A stretch of 64,000 nucleotides of DNA from an uncultured virus (IMG/VR IMGVR_UViG_3300011215_000019) (IMGVR_UViG_3300011215_000019:1-64000), one strand, 5' to 3'. Counted from the stretch's first letter, positions 27,642 to 36,485 are shown. Translations and numbers: made by a program. The notes: generated by a model not told the origin, from the sequence alone.

Positions 27642-28175
27642 TTAGAGTTTGAAGCGGTGTCCTGTAACGGCGATGTACCGGCCCGCTGTGTAGCGTTCAA
27701 TGTTTCGGCCGTCGCGAATCTTGCGGCCTGGCCCCTCGGCAGCTTCGACAAAGACGTGAACGCCTTCGGAAGACTGCGACAGTTCAGAGAAAATGACTCG
27801 CTCAGGAATCGCTCGAATCGCGTCAACAGCCCAAGCGGCCAAGTGACCATTCTCGAAGCAATGGTCGAAGTCGTAGCAGCCGATGCCGCCACCGAGAACG
27901 AAGCCCATGCCAGCGCCAACCGATGATTTGCGAGCAGTTTCGAAACTTGCCCAGGTCCGCGAATCAGTCGAGCTAGCTGGACGACCCGAGACCGTCACAG
28001 GCCGCTTAGATTCAGTTCGACGAACCCAACGTTCGCGGGCAGTCATTTCGGCCGGGAAACGCTTCTCAGCGCGGTGTGCGTACACCCGGCATTTCGAGCT
28101 GCAAAAGCGAGCGCCGGCGCGGGGCAAATTCATCGGCCCGCCGCATTCCGAGTACGCGCATCGCTTCTTCTCCAT
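27642..28175 (-). CDS. Zn-finger plus minimal NrS-1-type prim-pol (AEP) domain
   Basis: C..CG...FCSSKCR; TWASF, GFVL, CYDFDHC, ELSQSSEGVHVF, IERYTAGRYIAVTG. Confidence 0.75.
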   Translation of the reverse strand: MEKKRCAYSECGGPMNLPRAGARFCSSKCRVYAHRAEKRFPAEMTARERWVRRTESKRPVTVSGRPASSTDSRTWASFETARKSSVGAGMGFVLGGGIGCYDFDHCFENGHLAAWAVDAIRAIPERVIFSELSQSSEGVHVFVEAAEGPGRKIRDGRNIERYTAGRYIAVTGHRFKL

Positions 28176-28459
28176 GCCCTAATTTTATCATTTGTAACGG
28201 ATAATCAGCGGAATCACGGGGATTATTGACCGGGAACCTAAGCCTGTTCGTAGAACAGCGAAACCATTGATCCCAAAGGAACACATAACACCTAGTCAGG
28301 AGCTATATTTAGGAAAAACGCCCGAATTGAAATGCTCGGGGGGATATTTTCGCTATGGCAGAGGGGGCGAATCGGCGACCCGGGCTGAACCCCTCTCCCC
28401 CTCCCCTGTGGTGGCTCGGCATGTCGTCGCGTTTGTTGCGCGTCGGTTTCGTTTGTTTG

Positions 28460-28765
28460 TCACCATTTGCGGGAGGTTTTGAGGGGTTTGCGTGCCAGGG
28501 TCGTTTTGATTTTGGGTGCGGCGCGGTTGCCTTTGCTGATGTTGCATGTTCTGCAGCAGACGATCAGGTTTGAGGGTGAGTCGCTTCCGCCTTTGGAGTG
28601 CGGTTTGATGTGGTCTACTTGTGCGCCGTTGAATGCTCGTCGGTCTGTGTAGTTCAGTGTGATTCGGCAGTATGGACAGCGTGTTTGATTCGTGTCTTGC
28701 GCGTCTCGTAGGACTTTGCGTGTGACGTTGAGCCATTCAGTTGTGCCGGTTCGTGATGTGGCCAA
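28460..28765 (-). CDS. Packaging-associated HNH endonuclease
   Basis: CPYC, VDHIKPHSKGG, NLIVCCRTCNISKG. Confidence 0.9.
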   Translation of the reverse strand: MATSRTGTTEWLNVTRKVLRDAQDTNQTRCPYCRITLNYTDRRAFNGAQVDHIKPHSKGGSDSPSNLIVCCRTCNISKGNRAAPKIKTTLARKPLKTSRKW

Positions 28766-28769
28766 GGTT

Positions 28770-29204
28770 CACCGCCTTGTGTGTTTGGCTGTGTTGCCTG
28801 AGCTCTGCCGTCGCTGTTGTTGTGGTTGTTCTCGGCAGGGTGTGCGCTCGCTCGTAAGGAGGTAGCGGGTTTGCCTGTTGGCTGCTCACCCTTCGCTCCT
28901 TCCTGATGCTCCCAACAATTCGCGGGGAAGGTGACGTTGACCGAGGGTCTATGCCCCGGGGCTGTTGCCTGGTGGGGTGTCAGGCCCGGGGTGCGCTTTG
29001 GGGGTGGGGTGCAACTTCTATCCAGTGGGTTTGATGACGGCGTAGACTCGGCCCACTCGCATGGATGCTTGGTTGGGGGTCTTACCGTCAAGTGTGTTGG
29101 GGCAGGCCGTGATACCCGTTCGAACTCTTGGAGTTTCGGATCATGTCACGCCTTAGCGCCCGTCATGGCTATTTGAGCCGTGCGGGTTGGCAGGAACCCC
29201 TAAG
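28770..29204 (-). ncRNA. Candidate structured ncRNA in late leader
   Basis: No convincing ORF; several hairpins and a possible pseudoknot (see findings). Confidence 0.45.
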
Positions 29205-29278
29205 TGCCGTTGCAGAGATTCGAACTCTGGACTTCCCGCTTACAAGGCGGGCGCTCTGACCATCTGAGCTACAAGGGC
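29205..29278 (-). tRNA. tRNA-Thr(UGU)
   Basis: GCCCTTG-TAGCTCAG...CCCGC-CTTGTAA-GCGGG...CAGAG-TTCGAAT-CTCTG-CAACGGC-A; one C:C acceptor mismatch; CCA not encoded. Confidence 0.9.
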
Positions 29279-29287
29279 TTAAATGCG

Positions 29288-29331
29288 GATAGCGCCAACT
29301 GAAGGGGTTGAGGCTTTCAGTTGGCGCTATC
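29288..29331. repeat. Perfect 16-bp hairpin just 5' of the tRNA
   Basis: GATAGCGCCAACTGAA ... TTCAGTTGGCGCTATC. Confidence 0.85.
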
Positions 29332-29335
29332 GTGG

Positions 29336-29366
29336 CATGAAAAAAGCCACCGTTTCGGGTGGCTTG
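29336..29366 (-). terminator. Late-leader terminator
   Basis: AAGCCACC-cgaaac-GGTGGCTT-TTTT shortly after a TGATAGATT extended -10-like element near 29397-29405. Confidence 0.75.
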
Positions 29367-29416
29367 GTTGGGGAATACAGTTTTCCCCTGAAAATGAATC
29401 TATCAGATGTTTTAGG

Positions 29417-30172
29417 TCATTGGCGAATCTTCTGGTGTGCGCCTAGTAAATCGACGACGAAGTAGAGTCTCTTGTCCTTTCCGTCGGTCGTGATTCGGTC
29501 GAGCACGTATCGGAGGCGGCGCCTGTTCACCCAGTTCTTGAATGTGATCACCGAGACCTTGACACCGGTCTTGGCTTCAAGTTCTTCGCGTGCTTCGCGT
29601 GGGGGTAGCGGCGATTCTCGGAAGTATCGTGTTCGGGCGTCTCGGAGGGCTTGGAGGTCGATCACTGCTGAGCACCATGGGCATTCGGTAGTTAGAGCGT
29701 CGGGCGCTGCGGTAATTTCCTCCCCGCATTCGACTTCGTGGCCTTCGTCTGTTGTCAGGATGGCTTCGCATTTGCCGTATGCATGTTTTTCCATTGGGTT
29801 ATCAATGGCGCGTTCGGCTTTGGCTAGTAGGCCTTTGAGCATGTCGAGGAAGTTGCCCGCGTATCTGTCCTTCGCCAGCGTTTCGGCGCTGAGCGGTCGG
29901 AGCTCACCTTGGGGCGTGGTTTCGACCCAGATGCGGAGGGCTGAGCGTACTTCGAGGGCTCCGACGCGCACGGGCATGGCGGGTTCGGTGGTCATGCCGT
30001 CGCCGCCTTCGCGGTTGCGTGGGGCTGTTGCGTCGAGTCTAGCCATGGTGGTGAATAGTTCGTCCATCATGTCGGGCACTTTGTTGAGCCAGGCTTGCAG
30101 ATCGGTGATGCATTGGTTGCACAGGTTGAGGGTTGCCGGGTTAGGGCAGTCGTCGGTTGTGCATTCGGTCAA
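29417..30172 (-). CDS. Probable late-gene regulator (Zn ribbon plus C-terminal HTH)
   Basis: LCNQC, GKC...ECG, CPWC, TFKNWVNRRRL; last early gene. Confidence 0.65.
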   Translation of the reverse strand: MTECTTDDCPNPATLNLCNQCITDLQAWLNKVPDMMDELFTTMARLDATAPRNREGGDGMTTEPAMPVRVGALEVRSALRIWVETTPQGELRPLSAETLAKDRYAGNFLDMLKGLLAKAERAIDNPMEKHAYGKCEAILTTDEGHEVECGEEITAAPDALTTECPWCSAVIDLQALRDARTRYFRESPLPPREAREELEAKTGVKVSVITFKNWVNRRRLRYVLDRITTDGKDKRLYFVVDLLGAHQKIRQ

Positions 30173-30375
30173 GGTTTCCTCCGGTGGTTGGTTCCGAAGC
30201 CGATCTTGTATTCGGCTGGTGGCCTGTGGTCGGCGTGCATTTCGGTTGGTTCTTCGCGTCCGTCGAGTTCGGTGGAGGTGAAGTTGTCGCCCTGTGGGTG
30301 TGGTTCGTGTTCTGTTCGTAGGTCTGCGGCGAGCGCTTCAAGGTATTCGCAGGCGGCACGGTAGAGGCGGATCAT
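30169..30375 (-). CDS. Hypothetical phage protein
   Basis: Overlapping start/stop within early operon. Confidence 0.6.
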   Translation of the reverse strand: MIRLYRAACEYLEALAADLRTEHEPHPQGDNFTSTELDGREEPTEMHADHRPPAEYKIGFGTNHRRKP

Positions 30376-30971
30376 TTGGCCTCAACGATCATTACTGAAG
30401 CTTCGGCGCTAATTGCGTTGTGTTCGATGCCGCCGATGGTGAGTGTTGCCCATGTCCGGTATGCGGCCGGACTGTTGTCCCATGTGCGGGTTATGACCTC
30501 GTTCTCGTGCTCGATTTTGTCTAGTTCGCCGGTCACTTTTGACCGCTGGTATTCGATGGTGACGGTTTGGCCAAGGTGTGTGCGGTTGAGGTCGCCCACG
30601 GTCAGGGGCACTGGTTTCAGGTCTCCACGCGCAAACGTGCTTGCCATGCCACTGATTTCGTTGGGTTTCATGCCTGCTGCTGCAATGTCGATGAATGCTT
30701 GCAGGAAATCTTCCTGCGTGAAGGGTGACTGGTTTCCGAGCGCTCCGAGTTGCGCGAAGAACTTTGCTCGGACGGTTTCTCGCTGGATCGCATGGTTGAT
30801 GCTCATGGTGCTGGTGGCTCCGATCAGGATTTTTTGGGGCATGGAATATCGTTCGGTTGTGCTGACTAGAATCACGACTGCACGGCATGAGGCGCATAGC
30901 AAGTGGCCATCTACGCAGTGGCCGGCCGTGTTCATGTGTAGTCCGCATCGTGCGCAGGTGAAGTCGGTCAT
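30372..30971 (-). CDS. Hypothetical phage protein with N-terminal Cys cluster
   Basis: MTDFTCARCG...LCASC; ATGA overlaps. Confidence 0.6.
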   Translation of the reverse strand: MTDFTCARCGLHMNTAGHCVDGHLLCASCRAVVILVSTTERYSMPQKILIGATSTMSINHAIQRETVRAKFFAQLGALGNQSPFTQEDFLQAFIDIAAAGMKPNEISGMASTFARGDLKPVPLTVGDLNRTHLGQTVTIEYQRSKVTGELDKIEHENEVITRTWDNSPAAYRTWATLTIGGIEHNAISAEASVMIVEAK

Positions 30972-31258
30972 GGTGCAACGTCTGCAACGAGTGCATAGTC
31001 GTTCTTCCGGGCAGTTGGTTCGACTGCGCGAGTTAGCGATTCGAAGAGTTGGCCAATTGCGGTGCCGATGGATGCAACCGCTTCGACCATGCCTTCGAAT
31101 GCAGCGCGTATTTGCCGGGCTTGCCATGCGATCGGGTTCAACTTTCGTCGACTCGTTTCGACTTGCAGCATGGCGTTTCGCATGTAGAGTTGCGCGAGGT
31201 TCGGTTGCCCGGTGCTTAGCGCGTGACGTGCTCGACTGATCAGTTCATCGGTTGTCAT
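30968..31258 (-). CDS. Hypothetical phage protein
   Basis: MTTDELISRAR, GAAAGG RBS. Confidence 0.6.
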   Translation of the reverse strand: MTTDELISRARHALSTGQPNLAQLYMRNAMLQVETSRRKLNPIAWQARQIRAAFEGMVEAVASIGTAIGQLFESLTRAVEPTARKNDYALVADVAP

Positions 31259-31498
31259 GGTGTTGCCCTTTCCGAATGCCTTCATTGAATGCTTCGGCGA
31301 GGTCGACTTTCCTCATGGCGTAGATCAGGTGTAGCGAAGGACTATGAAGGATGCTGCCGGGGCGTGGCCTGATCCCTGCTCGGTAAGTGATTTGGCGTAG
31401 CCAGGCGACGACTCTCATTGCTGCGTTTTGAGGTTTCAACGGGTTTCCTTTGTTTTGTGGGATACAAGAAAATAACGTTGTATATTCAACTTTTGGTT

Positions 31499-31840
31499 CT
31501 ACTCGGTAACGCGAAATTCGTAGTCAGCACCAAGGTCGACAACCGGCCAAAGATCGGTGTCAGTGCCCCATCGGATTTCGTAGCAGGGTCGCCCGTTGTG
31601 CAGCGCAACGCCGGTCAGGTCGCCCCATTCGCCGGATTTGTAGGCGTGCAGGGGTTGGCTTCGGATTTGAACTGATGAAAACGTTTCTCCGTCGCGGGTT
31701 GCCTTGATGGATCGCCAGGTAGCCACGGCCACGATGCCGACTAGCCCCGCCGAGGCAAGTGCGACGACAATCGCTAGGGTCCAAAGCATGATGTTTCCAG
31801 GGGTCACGAGAATTCCTTTCGGATGCAGCAATGCCCGCAA
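31499..31840 (-). CDS. Hypothetical membrane protein (start uncertain)
   Basis: One TM segment. Confidence 0.5.
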   Translation of the reverse strand: MRALLHPKGILVTPGNIMLWTLAIVVALASAGLVGIVAVATWRSIKATRDGETFSSVQIRSQPLHAYKSGEWGDLTGVALHNGRPCYEIRWGTDTDLWPVVDLGADYEFRVTE

Positions 31841-31873
31841 CCTGTCTGGATACGGGCATCGGTTGAAGTTTGA

Positions 31874-32272
31874 CTAGCTGAAGATTCCGTAGACTTGGCG
31901 GCCATCTGCGACTCGCGTTAGCTGACGTTTCGGGATGGCCGGGATTGGCTCGGGTAGTCGGGTCAACCATTCGGCTACGGTTGCTGCTAACGCGTAGACG
32001 TCATAGCCGAACATGGCGTTTACGAACTCTTTCGAAGGTGCGAATGCCCAGCTTTCGACCGTTTGGCTGGCGAGGTTTTTCGATGCTTCGTCATGGCGTT
32101 TGAGCGCGTCTTTGAAGTTGGATATGTTGGCGTGGATTTCGATTGATGTTTCGAAGATTTCGGGCTCTTCTATCTGGATTCCGTCCGCGTCGAGCGTGCC
32201 AAGCTCTTGCCAGTTCTCGCCGTCTAGCGGTTCGCCTGGGGGCGCTACATAAACTGTCATCACTTCCCCCAC
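31874..32272 (-). CDS. Hypothetical phage protein
   Basis: VYVAPPG..WQELGTLDADGI. Confidence 0.6.
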   Translation of the reverse strand: MGEVMTVYVAPPGEPLDGENWQELGTLDADGIQIEEPEIFETSIEIHANISNFKDALKRHDEASKNLASQTVESWAFAPSKEFVNAMFGYDVYALAATVAEWLTRLPEPIPAIPKRQLTRVADGRQVYGIFS

Positions 32273-32421
32273 GTCGCAATGATTGCGATTTCGCGGCGCC
32301 CTGCTTCCCGAGGGTCCCTCGGGTCGCCGCGCTGTACTTTGATTTCGATTTCAGCGTCGGCGGGAACTTCGCTTAGGAACTCGCGCATTTCTGTCGCCGT
32401 GAGCGTGGTGCGTGTGGACAT
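32260..32421 (-). CDS. Hypothetical protein, paralog of P2 62136-62330
   Basis: Shared RGDPRDPREAG. Confidence 0.65.
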   Translation of the reverse strand: MSTRTTLTATEMREFLSEVPADAEIEIKVQRGDPRDPREAGRREIAIIATWGK

Positions 32422-32720
32422 TTCGAGGGAGCGTTTCAAATTTGCCATTTGGTAGCAGGTCCTTTCGGTGAAGTGGTCGAGTGATCGCGGTATCGTTGTA
32501 CGCCTGCCGGAAAAGTTCGCGAAGTTCTAAATTTGACCAGCCGATCAACGCCGCACCACCTTGCCGCATGCGAGGTGTGCGCGGAGGATCGCGAAGGCCA
32601 GAGCCCCGCGGTCCACTCGGGCGATGCGGTGCGGTCCGCGCATGATGAACCATTTCTTGCCGAGGCGGAAGCATCGGAACTTGTTGTCCTCAGCGGTCAG
32701 CGCTTCGATCATTAGCTGGC

Positions 32721-32969
32721 TCATTTGGCGGCCTCGTATGTCGCCTCGAAAATGTCAGGCTTGCACGGGTAGAACTCGCCCGCCACGCCTTTGATAATCC
32801 AGTCGCCTAGATTGGCGCGCATTGGGCCTTCGAGGGTTGCTATTACGATGCCTCCGCGAATGTTGGCCAGATCTCCGCCGACAAACTCTTCAACGGCTTC
32901 GAGGTTGAACAGTGTCAGCTGGATAGCTTCGATCACGACGGGCTTCTTGCGGAATTTCTGGGCTTGCAT
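32721..32969 (-). CDS. Conserved phage protein, paralog of P2 55015-55323
   Basis: KFRKKPVVIEA...TLEG...GDWIIKGVAGEFYPCKPDIF. Confidence 0.8.
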   Translation of the reverse strand: MQAQKFRKKPVVIEAIQLTLFNLEAVEEFVGGDLANIRGGIVIATLEGPMRANLGDWIIKGVAGEFYPCKPDIFEATYEAAK

Positions 32970-33061
32970 GATTCCTCTTTTGGGTATGAAAAAAGCCCCT
33001 GTGTGGGGCTTGTGGTTTTTGGGCAAGAAAAAACCGCCCGAAGGCGGTTGGTGCTAGTCAG

Positions 33062-33670
33062 TTACTCATAGCATGGGCCAAGTTCGGTGAGAATTCCCTT
33101 ATGCTCAGGGTTCCTTTCATATTTATAGCCGAGGGCATCCGTGAATGTTATATGCACTAATCCCGCTGGAATTCGTTGACCGGTTTGAGGGCCGTCCGGA
33201 AATTGCTTCGTGAGCTGAATTCCAGTTTCGAACCCTGGAGCGACGATGGGGTACGTGGTCTTCTCTAGAAACAGACCCTCATGATGAATAGTCAGTTCAT
33301 AGAACGTGTCCTCCGCCCCGTTCTTTATGTGGATGATCGGAATCGCCTCAGGCGTCAGGCTGACCCATGCGCTGAGCCTAGATGCCCTGAGATATCTCTC
33401 ATCCTTAAGTTGATTGTCTAGACGCTCTTGTGCGTCGCGCATTCCGTCTTGGGCTATCTTCGCATCGGCACGCGCATTTTTCGTTTGCCAGTACGCCAGC
33501 AGAACAGTCACAATAGTGGCGACGGCAGCAACCGCCTGCCATAGAGTAGCCCACGGAAATCCGTCCGCGGGGATTGTGCACTCGACTGTTGTCGCCCAAT
33601 TCCTGATGAATTCAACGTAGTTTGGCGGATCAACAGTGCTGGTGCATTCAATAGTTTCAGCGGTGATCAT
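33062..33670 (-). CDS. Membrane-anchored accessory protein
   Basis: TM, coiled coil, beta-rich end ITFTDALGYKYER; visibly lower GC. Confidence 0.7.
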   Translation of the reverse strand: MITAETIECTSTVDPPNYVEFIRNWATTVECTIPADGFPWATLWQAVAAVATIVTVLLAYWQTKNARADAKIAQDGMRDAQERLDNQLKDERYLRASRLSAWVSLTPEAIPIIHIKNGAEDTFYELTIHHEGLFLEKTTYPIVAPGFETGIQLTKQFPDGPQTGQRIPAGLVHITFTDALGYKYERNPEHKGILTELGPCYE

Positions 33671-33679
33671 GTTCTGATT

Positions 33680-34102
33680 CTATGGCCACTCCCCTACGCG
33701 TTCGACTTTGATTAGCGCGCCTGGCTTGTCGGCTGCCCAGCGTTTGCGTGCTTGGGTGTCAACGAACCGGGCATCGTCAACGACTAGGCCAGCTTGGGTT
33801 AGTGCGTCTCCGATGGCTCGCAGCAGCTTGTCGGTGTCCGGCGTGCCAAGCGGGTAGTCCGGGTATTTCGTCGTGGTTGGCTTCGTCAGGTAGAAGTCGA
33901 CGGTGAGGCTCAACGGCCCGTCGAGTGGTGCTTGAAGCTTGTGGCGCCGGGCGTACCATGTCACCATTTCCCGCCAAGGCTTCAACGCCTTCGACGACTC
34001 GTAAACGTTGACTTTGCCCGTGTACTTCCCGTTACGTTTTTGTGCGGCCGTGTTCTTCGACCCCTGCGGCGCCGGATCGCCCGGCACGAAAAACTCGATC
34101 AT
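33680..34102 (-). CDS. rusA: RusA-family Holliday junction resolvase
   Basis: PAPQGSK, PDTDKLLRAIGDAL, DDARFV. Confidence 0.9.
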   Translation of the reverse strand: MIEFFVPGDPAPQGSKNTAAQKRNGKYTGKVNVYESSKALKPWREMVTWYARRHKLQAPLDGPLSLTVDFYLTKPTTTKYPDYPLGTPDTDKLLRAIGDALTQAGLVVDDARFVDTQARKRWAADKPGALIKVERVGEWP

Positions 34103-34170
34103 CTGAGACTCCCTTCGAGCATGAAAAAGCCACCGCGCTTTTGGCTACGGGTGGCTTAGTTGGTACGTAT

Positions 34171-34800
34171 ATGGGTATGAATATTGGTTTTCTTGTTCCG
34201 TGGCCGCTGAATGCAGATCTAACGGCCTACTGGGTCTTATGGGCGACGACGGCAACAGCTGTTGGCACGTTCCTGTTGGCGTACTTTGCTTTCAAGGCTT
34301 GGGGATCGGCAAAAGAAACGCTGGAAGGCCAAGAGAAAGCGATGGTTTTTTCTGCTCTTGCGGAATATGTTCGGTCTCTAAACGCCTTGGCCCGCTTGTC
34401 GCACAGCGCGCCAGCTTCTTATCTTCCGGCACCAGATGATGTGTTGAAGGACAGTGCCCGATATGTAGTTGGGTATCGAAACTATGTGAACGAGCTTTGC
34501 CACGAAGTAGAAGTCGCTGGTGCCATGTGGAGGATTCACCATCGCGAGCAAGATAGCTACCATTCCATACTGTTCCTTGCGGAGAAAGCACTTTTGGAAG
34601 CTCAGCGACGCCGAATTAGCGGCAACGAAGGAGATGACGACGAAGACGACAGCAGGTACGATTCAAACTCTCGATTCGCGGACGACATGGTTTTCTGGGT
34701 AAAGCACTACCAAACAAGGGAAACCGACCGCAAGAGTCTTCTGATTTACATAAAGAAGAAAACTGAGAAATTTTCGGACGATAGCGGCCTGACCGATTGA
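34171..34800 (+). CDS. Counter-oriented membrane-anchored moron
   Basis: TM WATTATAVGTFLLAYFAF; lower GC; opposite strand to operon. Confidence 0.7.
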   Translation: MGMNIGFLVPWPLNADLTAYWVLWATTATAVGTFLLAYFAFKAWGSAKETLEGQEKAMVFSALAEYVRSLNALARLSHSAPASYLPAPDDVLKDSARYVVGYRNYVNELCHEVEVAGAMWRIHHREQDSYHSILFLAEKALLEAQRRRISGNEGDDDEDDSRYDSNSRFADDMVFWVKHYQTRETDRKSLLIYIKKKTEKFSDDSGLTD

Positions 34801-34803
34801 ATC

Positions 34804-35280
34804 TTATGATTTCAAGAAAGTAATCCAATGTGTGTTCATTGCTTTGCCTGACATGTGCCCAACGAGTGGCTTGTGGTCAGTCAGCGCCAAGACCTCCCGG
34901 ACTTTGACCTGAGTTTCGTTCCATTTGAAAACCAGTACGCCTTCTGGCTTGAGCACCCGGAAACACTCACGGAACCCTGCGCGCAGATCGTCCTGCCAAG
35001 ACGCTTTATTGAGTCGCCCATACTTGGCTGCGAGCCATGATTTCTGGCCAGCGTTCACGAGGTGCGGCGGGTCAAAGATTACGACTCGGAACGATTCGTC
35101 CGGGAATGGAAGGTCTCGGAAGTCGGTGTAAGCGTCTGGGTTGATGTTCAGGGCACGCCCGTCGCAGAGGACATGTTCTTCACTCCGAATGTCGCCAAAC
35201 AGAACTCGCTCGTCCGTGGGATCAAAATAAAACATTCGACTCCCCGAAGCAGGGTCAAGGATGGGTGGAAGGTGATTCAT
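34804..35280 (-). CDS. SAM-dependent amino-methyltransferase (orphan)
   Basis: ILDPASGSRMF, FDPPH, ECFRVLKPEG. Confidence 0.85.
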   Translation of the reverse strand: MNHLPPILDPASGSRMFYFDPTDERVLFGDIRSEEHVLCDGRALNINPDAYTDFRDLPFPDESFRVVIFDPPHLVNAGQKSWLAAKYGRLNKASWQDDLRAGFRECFRVLKPEGVLVFKWNETQVKVREVLALTDHKPLVGHMSGKAMNTHWITFLKS

Positions 35281-35308
35281 AGTGTCTCCTGGGTAATGGT
35301 GAAGCCGC

Positions 35309-35779
35309 TCAGTGTTGAGCGGCCTGCAGGGTTTTGAGTGCTTGCTTTACGGCTTCAACTCCGGCCGGATTTGCGGGAGTGGCCGGGGTCATCCGTTTGC
35401 CCAACATATTGTCAGGGCGTATTCCGGTTTTTATGTCTGCCCAGCAGCACGGGCATGAATGCGCATCGAAAGTTGAATGCTCTTCGCACGTCGGCATCTT
35501 GGCTTTGGCGTGACTCGAATTGAGAGGGGCCGTTGCATCCCAGTGCTTGCCGGTTTCAACGAAGAGGTTCGGTGTTCGCTTCACATAGCCGCCGTTCGGC
35601 TCGGTCATGGTCGCGTAGTGTGCCGCTGCCCTAAGCGCGTGCTCGAAGTCGTGTGCGGGTATTCCGTCGCCTTGATTGGCCTCCGAAAGAATCTTGTCTA
35701 CGGGGTTGTTCGACCAATCGGGGCGCATGAGTTTGATGATCTGGACTAGTCGTTGCCCCTGTGATCTAGTGAGGATCAT
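35309..35779 (-). CDS. Replication-associated hypothetical protein
   Basis: MRPDW, KRTP, C..H...CPCC; follows ori. Confidence 0.65.
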   Translation of the reverse strand: MILTRSQGQRLVQIIKLMRPDWSNNPVDKILSEANQGDGIPAHDFEHALRAAAHYATMTEPNGGYVKRTPNLFVETGKHWDATAPLNSSHAKAKMPTCEEHSTFDAHSCPCCWADIKTGIRPDNMLGKRMTPATPANPAGVEAVKQALKTLQAAQH

Positions 35780-35924
35780 TTTTGTTTTTCCTCCTATCCG
35801 GGAATTCGGCGGCGTTCGATTTGAAGCCCCGCGTTAAGTACTTGACGATCGCCGCTTTTCTTTATTGGCACATAAAAAAGATGACCCCTACCTACGCAAG
35901 AAAAGAGCGAGACGTAAGTAGTTA

Positions 35925-36025
35925 ATGGTGTTGGTGTTGGTGTTGGTGTTGGTGCGACGTTTTGCGACGGGTTTGCGACCGCAAAACGCTCGCACCTGCG
36001 ACGATGTTGCGACATGCTCTGCGAT
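35925..36025. repeat. Putative P1 replication origin: TGCGAC iterons plus (TGTTGG)n
   Basis: TGCGAC at 35953, 35963, 35974, 35997, 36008; similar cluster at ~36233-36257. Confidence 0.7.
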
Positions 36026-36027
36026 GG

Positions 36028-36468
36028 CTAGGTTGCGTCCGGGTTCTCGCAGTAGCTGCATCCTGCCTTGTGAATGCCCTTTTGCACGTGATGGCGAGTG
36101 TGGTTGCCGAGCGCGCCAGCCGACGACTTGTGCGAACGGTGCTCCAGAATCTCCTTTTTGGACTTCTGGTGCTCCAAATAGTCGTGCATCTCGTATCCGT
36201 CGCTATCACCGTCGCTAGGCTCTCGCACGCCTGTCGCACCTGCGACGGGTTTGCGATAAATCCAGCGAGCGGCCAACAACTGCTCGCGCACCGATTCCGG
36301 GTAGTCTTCAAACACCCAGGAATCAACGTGCCCGTCCGTCATGAACTCGTTGCAATGCACCCAAAGCTCGATCAGCGCACAACGCCCTTCGGGTGATAGT
36401 CGCCTGTATTTCGGATGCCGAACCAACTCGTTCGTGATCACGATATAGGGGCGCGTATCTCTTGCCAC
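36028..36468 (-). CDS. Replication initiator-like protein
   Basis: HPKYRRLS, TDG, YEMHDYLEHQ, H..HH...C..C. Confidence 0.75.
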   Translation of the reverse strand: MARDTRPYIVITNELVRHPKYRRLSPEGRCALIELWVHCNEFMTDGHVDSWVFEDYPESVREQLLAARWIYRKPVAGATGVREPSDGDSDGYEMHDYLEHQKSKKEILEHRSHKSSAGALGNHTRHHVQKGIHKAGCSYCENPDAT

Positions 36469-36485
36469 GGGCGATCCTCCTGATA

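Noticed and set aside
28654..29091. 145-aa ORF across the candidate ncRNA
   Set aside because: Pro/Thr/Gln low-complexity, no RBS, overlaps the HNH gene out of frame
29150..29210. Pistol or theta (HDV-like) ribozyme right after the tRNA
   Set aside because: TTAGGG, AAATAG and CTAAG words recall pistol, but spacing and pairings do not fit, and no HDV nested pseudoknot could be built by eye; left as unclassified structure
35925..36025. CRISPR-like or mini-array
   Set aside because: 6-bp units without unique spacers; better explained as origin iterons. No CRISPR array seen anywhere in the window.
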